64,000 nucleotides of DNA from Bacteroidota bacterium (GTDB lineage: Bacteria; Bacteroidota; Bacteroidia; Flavobacteriales; Schleiferiaceae). The DNA lies in contig PZPB01000004.1 of NCBI GenBank assembly GCA_003045865.1, forward strand, positions 6,656 to 70,655, in the 5' to 3' direction. This document shows positions 29,057 through 38,600 of the stretch, in pieces. The translations under genes and the position numbers were made by a program. Under the pieces are notes generated by a model. That model was given only the letters and a program-made list of their open reading frames with translations, was not told the DNA's origin and made no database searches. Every line of letters starts with the position of its first letter. Position 1 is the stretch's first letter.

Positions 29057-31090
29057 ATGAAGAAAAGTTTACTAACCTTAGGGCTAGGTGTATTGGCAAG
29101 CAGCAGCTTATTTGCTCAGTTACCCGTGAGTACTACTGCAGAAAATAAGAACGTAATTCTAGAAGAATTTACAGGTATTTACTGTACTTTCTGTCCTGAT
29201 GGACACCTTAGAGCTTCTAACTTGGCCGCCGCAAACCCTGGTGATGTTGTATTAATTAACATCCATGCTGGTTCATTTGCCGCTCCTGGTGGTAATGATC
29301 CTGATTTCAGAACTACTTTTGGTACTGGAATCAACAACCAAGCAGGTGTAACTGGATACCCTGCAGGTACCGTTAACCGTCGTTTTTTCTCAGCTTACAG
29401 CCAATCTGGTACAGGTACAGCAATGGGTCGTGGATCTTGGACGGCAGCTGCTGGTGTTATCCTAGCTGAGTCTTCTTATGTTAATGTTGCTTTAGAAGGT
29501 GATATTGATTTAAGTACCAATACGCTTACCGTTGACGTAGAAATGTATTTTACGGCGAATCCTCCCGCAGGTGTTAGTTCAGTAAACTTGAACGTAGCAT
29601 TATTACAAAATAATATTGCTGGTCCTCAAACTGGTGGTAGTTCAAACCCAGGTCAAATGTTACCTGACGGACGTTACAATCACCAACACATGTTACGCGA
29701 CATGCTAACTGGTCAGTGGGGTGAAGTTATTACAACAACTACTGCTGGTACTACTGTAACTCGTCAGTATACTTTCCCAATTCCAGCCGCTATTAACGGT
29801 ATTCCCGTTTCTGCTGGTGACTTGGAAATTGCTGCTTTTGTTGCTGAGGGTCAAGTTGAAGCTATCTCTGGTGCAATGGGTCCTATTACCTTCACTGCTC
29901 CAGCTGGTTCGATTGTAGCTGATTTAGCTGCTTCTGCCGGTGGCTCTGGGGCTGCAAGCTATTGCGATCCTAACATTACTCCTGAAATTACAGTAACAAA
30001 CAATGGTAGTGTTGCCGTAAGTAACTTTGATGTTTCTTATAGTTTAAATGGTGGTGCTCCAGTTTCTCAAAACGTAAGCGCTTCTTTAGCAGCCGGTGCT
30101 TCAACTACAATTACCTTCCCAGGTGCTACTTTGGCAGCAGGCGAAAATGTAATTGCTTACGAAGTTTCTACTGCGAACAACCCGAATTTATATGACTTAA
30201 CTAGCGCCAATAACATTGCAGCTAGTGGCGTTCTAATTCAGGTTCCTAACGCTCCTTTTGCAACGGCACATTACGAAGATTTCGAATCGTACGCTCTAGG
30301 CGGAACTGCTATCAGCAATAGTTTAACTATCAACCCTGACGGAGCAAGATTTTTCGTAGTGGATCAAGGGGTAAACTCTTCTATCAATTTTGATATCGGT
30401 GGTTACGGAAACTCTGCCAAAAGTTTACGTTGGAACTTCTACAGTATTGCAGCAGGAATCGAGTCTAGTCTTCTATATGAGAAATTAGATCTTACTGGAA
30501 CTTATGATAACCGTATTGTATTTGATTATGCTCACTCTCAGTATCAAACTTCTGCAGATCAATTAGAAATTAAAGTTTCTGATGATTGCGGAGCTACTTG
30601 GTCTAGTGTATTTTCTAAATCGGGTGCTGCTTTAGCAACTGGTCCTTCTCAGCAAGGTAACTGGTATCCAACCTCTAGCGACTGGGCTACTGAATCAGTT
30701 GATTTGTCAGCTTATAATGGTACTGCAGAATTATTAGTTCAGTTTACTGGTTTATCGGATTTTGGTAACAACCTTTATATCGATAACATTCAATTCCAAA
30801 ACAACACTTATGTTGGTTTAGAGGAAGAAGCTTTAAGTCAAGCTTTCGATTTCTATCCTAACCCTGCAAGTGATAACTTTACATTGGATTTTGATCTAGC
30901 TGCTTCTGCAACGGTAAGCGCTAGTATCATTGATGTTACTGGTAGAGAAGTTTTAGTAATCGCTCAAGACGAAGTTCTTAAAGGTGCTAAAAGTTTAACT
31001 ACTTCTGTTGCTAACCTAGAAGCTGGTGCGTATATCGTACAAGTTGAAATTAATGGTGAGGTTTCTCAAGAGAAGCTTATCATTAAGTAG
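29057..31090 (+). CDS. T9SS-secreted Omp28-related thioredoxin-like protein
   Basis: Signal peptide FAQ; LEEFTGIYCTFCPDG, IHAG, GYPAGTVNR, YNHQHMLR; Ig-like middle region; CTD FYPNPA...GAYIVQV...EKLIIK. Confidence 0.88.
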   Translation: MKKSLLTLGLGVLASSSLFAQLPVSTTAENKNVILEEFTGIYCTFCPDGHLRASNLAAANPGDVVLINIHAGSFAAPGGNDPDFRTTFGTGINNQAGVTGYPAGTVNRRFFSAYSQSGTGTAMGRGSWTAAAGVILAESSYVNVALEGDIDLSTNTLTVDVEMYFTANPPAGVSSVNLNVALLQNNIAGPQTGGSSNPGQMLPDGRYNHQHMLRDMLTGQWGEVITTTTAGTTVTRQYTFPIPAAINGIPVSAGDLEIAAFVAEGQVEAISGAMGPITFTAPAGSIVADLAASAGGSGAASYCDPNITPEITVTNNGSVAVSNFDVSYSLNGGAPVSQNVSASLAAGASTTITFPGATLAAGENVIAYEVSTANNPNLYDLTSANNIAASGVLIQVPNAPFATAHYEDFESYALGGTAISNSLTINPDGARFFVVDQGVNSSINFDIGGYGNSAKSLRWNFYSIAAGIESSLLYEKLDLTGTYDNRIVFDYAHSQYQTSADQLEIKVSDDCGATWSSVFSKSGAALATGPSQQGNWYPTSSDWATESVDLSAYNGTAELLVQFTGLSDFGNNLYIDNIQFQNNTYVGLEEEALSQAFDFYPNPASDNFTLDFDLAASATVSASIIDVTGREVLVIAQDEVLKGAKSLTTSVANLEAGAYIVQVEINGEVSQEKLIIK

Positions 31091-31110
31091 GATTAACATA
31101 TATTTAAAAG

Positions 31111-31144
31111 TCAGGAAGAAGCATTATTGCCTCTTCCTGATTTT
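31111..31144 (+). terminator. Hairpin/terminator after the Omp28-T9SS gene
   Basis: TCAGGAAGA(A)GCA-TTAT-TGC(C)TCTTCCTGA followed by TTTT. Confidence 0.65.
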
Positions 31145-31175
31145 CTGTTTTTAACCTTAGTATTAATATAGCCTC

Positions 31176-31895
31176 ATGTTGAAAAGAAAATTTATAGCTC
31201 TACTCTTAGCAATCGCAGCGATTAGTCCTGCTTTTGGCCAGAGTTTAGTGGTTGAAACCTACGACAGTTTGGTAACTGGCGATGCTCTTTCGGATAATGA
31301 TATATATGGTTATGGTACGGTGAAGAATATTTCTTCAGATAGCGTTTTAGTACGATTTAAAAGAATAGATGGTAATTACAATCTTCTAACAGATAACAAT
31401 GCTATTTGCTGGGGAATCTGTTTTATTCAATCTATTTCTGTTTCGCCGCCCTCATTTTCAGTTTTATTAGGACCAGGCGATACCGCAAGTGCTAGTACCC
31501 ATGTTTATCCCGATCAAGATGACATTAGTAGAGAAGGAGACATTACTTATGTGTTTTTTGACTCTGACAATCCATCCGATTCAGCTATTTATACTGTTAC
31601 CTACAAAGTGGAAGGCAGCGGTATTTCTGTTAATGAGATTTCGACCATGCCCGAATTATCGGTTTACCCAAATCCGGCAACAGATCGATTACAAGTTAAC
31701 TACTCTGGGCAGAGTGCACAGAATTCTAGCTTTGAAATAATCAATTTAGTAGGCTCAAGGGTTTATTCAAAATCTTTGCAAGCCAGCGAAAGTACTTTTA
31801 ATCTTAATATTAGTAATTTAAGTCCGGGAGTTTACTTCTGTGTTTTAAAAGCTGATAATAAGTTAGTTACCTCTAAAAAATTAGTGGTTAATTAA
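31176..31895 (+). CDS. Small T9SS type-A CTD cargo protein with a CWGIC motif
   Basis: Signal peptide FGQ; NAICWGICF; CTD VYPNPA...GVYF...KKLVVN. Confidence 0.85.
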   Translation: MLKRKFIALLLAIAAISPAFGQSLVVETYDSLVTGDALSDNDIYGYGTVKNISSDSVLVRFKRIDGNYNLLTDNNAICWGICFIQSISVSPPSFSVLLGPGDTASASTHVYPDQDDISREGDITYVFFDSDNPSDSAIYTVTYKVEGSGISVNEISTMPELSVYPNPATDRLQVNYSGQSAQNSSFEIINLVGSRVYSKSLQASESTFNLNISNLSPGVYFCVLKADNKLVTSKKLVVN

Positions 31896-31918
31896 GTTTC
31901 TAAGCCTAAATATTCAAT

Positions 31919-31945
31919 AGAGCCACCTATTATGGTGGCTTTTTT
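31919..31945 (+). terminator. Terminator
   Basis: AGCCACC-TATTAT-GGTGGCT followed by a T run. Confidence 0.75.
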
Positions 31946-31967
31946 GTTTGGTCGTGTATGAAATCAG

Positions 31968-31975
31968 TAATTTTG
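31968..31975 (+). promoter_or_regulatory. -7 element of ruvA-sprA
   Basis: TAATTTTG with an upstream TTTG at 31947-31950. Confidence 0.6.
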
Positions 31976-32026
31976 CCGTTTTTTAATGCTAGACTGCAGC
32001 ATAATTGAAGTCTATTTGAGAGAGCT

Positions 32027-32605
32027 ATGCTACATTATATTAAAGGATTTTTAGTAGAGGTTAACCCCACCACGGCTATCGTAGAGTGCAATGGGCTTGG
32101 CTACGAAATCAACATCAGCTTAAATACTTACTCTGCTATTAGCGGATTAAAAGAATTACAGCTCTTTTTACACCCTATCTATAAGGAAGACTCACAAACT
32201 CTTTATGGTTTTTATTCTAAAAAAGAATGTAGCATCTTTCAACAATTAATCTCAGTTTCCGGCGTTGGGGGTAACACGGCTCGCACAATTTTGAGTAGCC
32301 TAAGTCCGGCGGAAGTAATTGGCGGTGTTAGTAGAGAAGATGTAACCATGTTACAATCGGTAAAAGGGATAGGGCTAAAAACGGCGCAAAGAATAATAAT
32401 TGACTTAAAGGATAAACTAATTAAGCTTCATGATGATGAGCTTAGCTTGCCTCAAGCTTTCGGTATAAAGACCGAAGCCATAGCGGCCTTAGAGGTTTTA
32501 GGCTATAATGCTCGCCAAAGCGAAAGAGTATTAAATACCATTCTCAAACAATCACCCGATTTCACCATCGAAGAACTAATTAAAGCCGCCCTAAAAAAAC
32601 TTTGA
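32027..32605 (+). CDS. ruvA: Holliday junction branch migration protein RuvA
   Basis: GLGYEI, LYGF, LISVSGVG, KGIGLKTAQRI, ALEVLGY. Confidence 0.96.
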   Translation: MLHYIKGFLVEVNPTTAIVECNGLGYEINISLNTYSAISGLKELQLFLHPIYKEDSQTLYGFYSKKECSIFQQLISVSGVGGNTARTILSSLSPAEVIGGVSREDVTMLQSVKGIGLKTAQRIIIDLKDKLIKLHDDELSLPQAFGIKTEAIAALEVLGYNARQSERVLNTILKQSPDFTIEELIKAALKKL

Positions 32606-35600
32606 GTCTAAAGAAATCATATCTCCTTCTACTGCTCGCTTTAAGCTCTGTAATGTGGTTTGCCTTTACAGGGAGAAGGGTGCGTACCACTGTGCGTAGT
32701 TCGGTGATAGGAAAAAATATCACGCTGGCAGATACCAATGAACCCGACTCCTTGAAATACCCTTTTAAACCGGGTCAAAGTGGTGGCGTTTACGGTTCTA
32801 ACCCTAGCAATTATAAAGAAGATGTAGTATTTGACGCCAATTCGGGTAATTATTTTGTTTATCAACGCTATGGCCGTTTTGCATCAAAGTCGCCCATAGT
32901 TATGACCCCCGATGAATACCGAAATTATGTAGCCCGTAAACAGGCCTTAGAGTATTGGGATCAGAAAACACAAAGTGATGCCGCCGCTAAGGCAGAAGGG
33001 CGAGATCCTGAGTCATCTTTAATCCCGCAAATACAGGTTAATAATGAGTTGTTTAATCGAGTATTTGGTAGCAATACCATCGATATTCGTCCCCAAGGTT
33101 TTGCCGAGCTAACTTTTGGTGGTCGCTTTCAGCAGATAGATAACCCCATTATTCCCGAACGTAACCGTAATGTTTTCACTTTTAATTTCGATCAGCGCAT
33201 TCAGATGAATGTAACGGGTAGTATCGGTGAAAAAATGAAGGTGAACGTAAATTACGATACCGAAGCAACCTTCGCCTTCGAAAATCAGGTGAAACTCGAG
33301 TTTACCGGTGACGAAGATGACATTGTAAAAAAGTTGGAGCTTGGTAACGTAAACTTACCCTTAAACTCATCTTTAATTACGGGCGCACAAAGCTTATTCG
33401 GGATAAAAGGTCAGTTCCAATTTGGGAAGTTAAATGTAACCGGGGTTTTCTCCGAGCAACGCAGTCAGTCATCCTCTATTAATATTCAAGGGGGAGCAAC
33501 CACCACCGAGTTTGAAATTTGGGGGGATCAGTACGAAGCGAACCGCCACTATTTCTTATCGCATTACTTTAGAGATAATTACGAGGAGTTTCAACTTAAC
33601 GCACCTTTAATTACTTCGCCCGTTCAAATTACTAAGGTAGAAGTTTGGGTAACCAATAACCGCCAAAACACCCAGGATACAAGGAATATTGTAGCCTTTA
33701 TGGACCTAGGAGAAAACCGCAATTCTGCTTATCGTAACGGACAAATTCCCGGTCCTGATATTTTTGGAGGAGCAGCAACGAACAGCATTTTTCCTGATAA
33801 CTTGGTAAACACCCTTGACCCACAAAGTTTACAAGCTCAGTTTCCTGGCTTAAGAAACATCTCTCAGGTTAATCAAGTTTTAAATGCCGCGGGATTTAAT
33901 GAAGCGACCGAATACGTTGAACTAGCGAACGCAAGAAAGTTAAACCCTAATGAATTCACCTTTCATCCACAATTAGGTTATATCTCTTTAAACACCGCTT
34001 TAAATCAGGATGAAGTTTTGGCGGTATCATTTCAATACACCGCGGGTGGAAGAACCTTTCAGGTAGGTGAGTTTAGCACCGATGGAGTAACCCCACCCAA
34101 TAACTTGGTGGTTAAAATGCTGAAGAGTTTCTTCCTCGATGTTCGTTTGCCCTCTTGGGACTTAATGATGAAGAACGTTTACTCCTTAAGTGCTTTTCAG
34201 GTAGGAGCCGACGATTTCCGTTTGCAGGTAATGTATCAAAATGATGAGACAGGTTCTCCAGTACCCTTTCTGCCCGAGAGCAATTTGCGCAGTGAGCTTT
34301 TACTAAGAGTAATGAACTTGGATCGTCTTAACCAAAATAATGATCCCTTTCCTGATGGTTTTTTCGATTTCATTCCCAATCAAACTATATATCCACAAAA
34401 CGGTAGGATTTTCTTCCCAGTGCTTGAGCCTTTTGGTAGCCATTTAGCGAATAAATTAGATTCAGAAGAGGCAAAGGATCGATATGTTTTCCAGCAATTA
34501 TATGACTCCACTCGTTTTGTGGCTCAAAATGAGACGCGTCTTAATAAATACCTAATCAAAGGGCAGTTTAAATCGTCTTCCAGCAGTGAAATTCAGTTAA
34601 ACGCCTTTAACATTCCGCCGGGATCCGTATCCGTTACGGCGGGAGGAACACGCCTTATTGAAGGGCAAGACTACTCGGTTGATTATAATCTCGGCCGAGT
34701 AAGTATTTTAAATGAAGGCATCCTTAACTCGGGTGTACCCATTAAAGTAGATTTTGAAAACAATGCGCTTTTCAATTTCCAAACAAAAACCTTTATGGGT
34801 GTAAATGCCGAGTATCGCTTTAACGAAAACTTCAACTTAGGCGCCACCTTGGTAAACCTTAACGAAAGGCCGCTTACGCAGAAGGTAAACATTGGCGATG
34901 AACCGATTTCTAATACCATTATTGGTATGAATGGATCCTACAGTCAAGAGTCGCCCTTTTTAACCCGTATGGTAGATGCCATACCTTTTATCGATACAAA
35001 GGAGCCCTCAAACTTTTTAGTAAGTGGTGAAGTGGCACGCATCATTCCAGGGACTCCCAGAGGTATTGAAATTAATGGCGAGCAAACTACCTTCTTAGAT
35101 GATTTTGAAAGCAGCCAAACCACTATCGATATTCGCAATCCCAACGCTTGGCGCTTGGCAAGTACGCCTGCAGGTCAGTTAAATTTATTTCCAGAAGCTT
35201 CGGAAAACTCTTTGGCTTATGGTTTTAACCGCGCGCGTTTAGCCTGGTATTCTATCGATCCACTTTTTCATAATGATGAGGCTAGAACACCTGACAACAT
35301 TAGAAGTGACAAAGATTTACAATCTACTAACCCCGTAAGGGAAGTATTGGTAAATGAGGTTTTTCCTAATTTAGCATTAGACCCTTCACAACCGCGTAAT
35401 GTGGCTACCCTCGATTTAGCTTTTTACCCCAAAGAAAGGGGTCCTTATAACTACGATGTAGAACCAACAATTTATTCGGCGGGTCTTAATCAAGAGGGCG
35501 AATTGAATGATCCTAGCTCACGTTGGGGTGGTATAATGCGCGACATCACCGTTACCAACTTTGAAGAACAAAATATAGAATTTATCCAGTTTTGGATGCT

Positions 35601-38600
35601 TAACCCCTTTGTTGGCGTTGACGATGTACCCGAAGGTGGCGATCTATATTTCAACCTAGGAAGCATTTCGGAAGATATATTAAAAGATGGGGTGCAGGCG
35701 ATTGAGAATAGTATCCCTGTGGATGGTGACTTATCTAAGCTTGACTCTACGATTTGGGGTTATGCTAGCAATGTTCGCCCGCCAGTAGTAGCCTTTGATG
35801 CGGACCCAGCAGCGCGCGATTTACAGGATGTGGGTTATGACCTTTTAAATGATCAGCAAGAACGGATTTGGTCTTATGATTCAGCTTATCCCAATTATAT
35901 TCAGCGAATTGTAGATAATTTAGGAGCGGGTACGGCGGCTGAAGTTCAGGCTAATGCCGATCCGGCGGCCGATAACTTCCAATATTATCGCGGTTCAAGT
36001 TTAGATCAGGCAAGTGCCGACATCTTAGAGCGCTATAAAAGGTTTAATAACCCACAGGGTAATAGTAATCCTACACCAGTTGGCGGGGTTTCAGCTTTCG
36101 CCACCAACTTACCCGATATTGAGGATATTAACCGCGATCAAACCTTAAGTAAAACCGAAACTTATTTCCAGTACCGTATTAGTGTTCGCCCTCAAGATCT
36201 TAATCAGGTAGGTGAAAATTACATTACGGATATTTATACAACCAACTCTCCCGAGCAGCCAAACGGCAGAAGCTATCGGGCCCAGTGGATTCAATTTAAA
36301 ATTCCGGTTTTCAATCCCGATAGTAAAGTTGGTCCCATCAATGATTTTCGTTCGATTCGTTTTATTCGTGCTTTCTTAACCCAGTTTCCCGATGATATCG
36401 TAGTACGCTTTGCGCGGATGGAGCTAGTACGAGGAGAGTGGCGTCGCTATCAATTTTCTTTAGACGGTACACGTGATCGCTTGTCGCAAGATGATCAAGA
36501 CAACACCGTTTTCGAGGTTAATGCCGTGAATATTGAACAAAATGGTTCACGTCAACCAGTTCCTTATGTATTACCTCCTGGGATAGATCGCCAGGTGCTA
36601 TTTGGTACCACATCTGCGAACCAGCAAAACGAGCAAGCTTTATCTCTGCGCATCTTAAACTTAGAAGACGGTGATGCCCGCGCTGTATTTAGAAATATCA
36701 ATTTTGATATGCGACTTTACAAGCGCTTGCGTTTATTTTCTCACTTAGAGTCTGCCGGCGATTTTGATGATTTAAATAATGGCGATTTGCGCTTATTCAT
36801 TCGTTTAGGGAGCGATTACGATCTAAACTATTACGAATACGAAATTCCGCTTACCGTTACTCCTTGGGGAACATCTGCTACCAGTCCCGAGCTAATTTGG
36901 CCAAGTTCGAACGAATTAGACTTTCCATTAAATGCTTTGAAGGAAGTGAAGTTGGAGCGAAATGCTGCCTATCAAAACACGGGTGATCCCTTGAATGAGC
37001 CTTATTCGGCACAGAAGGCAGGCGGACGAATAACCGTGGTGGGAGCGCCGAACTTGGGCAATGTGCGCACCATATTAATTGGGGTCCGCAACCCTAAAAA
37101 ACGCCTTGCTAATGATCCCGATGATGGCTTTGCAAAAAGTGCAGAAGTATGGATTAACGAATTACGATTAACCGATTTCGATCAAGATGGAGGTTGGGCT
37201 GCCAACGCAAGGGTTGCCGCAAAGCTGGCAGATTTCGCCAATGTTTCGGTCACCGGTAGAACGAGCTCCATCGGTTTCGGTTCGCTCGATCAAACGGTTT
37301 CCGAGTTTAGCCAAGAGCAGATGTATTCCTATGACCTTCAGTCGAATGTGGAGTTGGGTAAATTTTTTAATAAAGATTATGGTATTCGCATACCAATGTT
37401 TTACGGAACCAGCGAAACTTGGATTAATCCTCGCTTTAATCCCCTTGATCCCGATATTGAATTCGACCAGGCGATAGAAAATGTAGAGAGTCCCGCTCGG
37501 GCAGATTCGCTTCGCCAGGCCACGCAAGATTATACCCGTCGCCGCTCGATTAACTTTACCAATGTTCGCAAAGAACGCAAGGGTTCGAAAGGGCAGAAAA
37601 ACCCACAGATTTACGACATCGAAAACTTCGCCGCCAGCTATTCCTTTAGCGAAACCTTTAGACGAAACATCAACACGCGCTTCGATCTAAATCGTCAGCA
37701 CAATGCGAGCCTTAACTATACTTATCGTACCCGTCCGAAATTAGTGAAGCCTTTCAGTAAAGTTTCGTGGTTGCAAAGTGATTATTTGGCCTTGGTGCGC
37801 GACTTTAATTTTTATCCTTATCCCAAGAGTTTTACCGCTATCGCTAGTGCAGATCGGAATTATACCGCTATGCAAATGCGCAATACCGATGCGATTTTAA
37901 ATGATATTCCACCAGAATTATTAGGGAATTTAGATGCGACCTATAACAAGAACTTTAATCTTAATCGCCAGTATACCTTACTATTTGATCTTACCGAGTC
38001 TTTGCGTTTCGACTATAATGCGCGCACCAATGCACGGGTTGATGAGCTGCCAGGAGCGCCAAACACCGACTCGAATCGAACGGAGATAATGCGAAACTTG
38101 GAGCAGTTAGGAAGGGCCCTAAACTATCATCAAAGGGTTACGTTGAACTGGCAGTTGCCTTTAAATAAAATTCCCCTGATAGATTTTGCTACAGTAAGCG
38201 CTACTTATAATGGTGATTATGACTGGCAAGCCCCTTCTCAAACCACCAATGCTGCCGCAAGAAACTCAAGTGGTACGGGCTCGGACTTTAATTTAAATTT
38301 TGGCAATACCATTCAAAATAACCGGCAATTACAACTAAATAGTACCTTAAACTTCACGGCTTTATATGCCAAGGTGCCTTATTTGAAAAAGGCACAACAA
38401 GGCTCGCAGGGAGAGGAGCGAAGAAGACCGCGTGGTGTTCCTCGTCCAGGTAGGAATAATCCCAATGCTACCAATAAACCGGAGGAAGAGAAAGAAGATG
38501 AGGAGCAAAGTACTTTAGATAAAATCTTGATGGAAAGCGCCAAGGTTCTGATGATGGTGAAATCGGGTTCTTTCAGCTACAGTCAAAGCAATGGGCAGTT

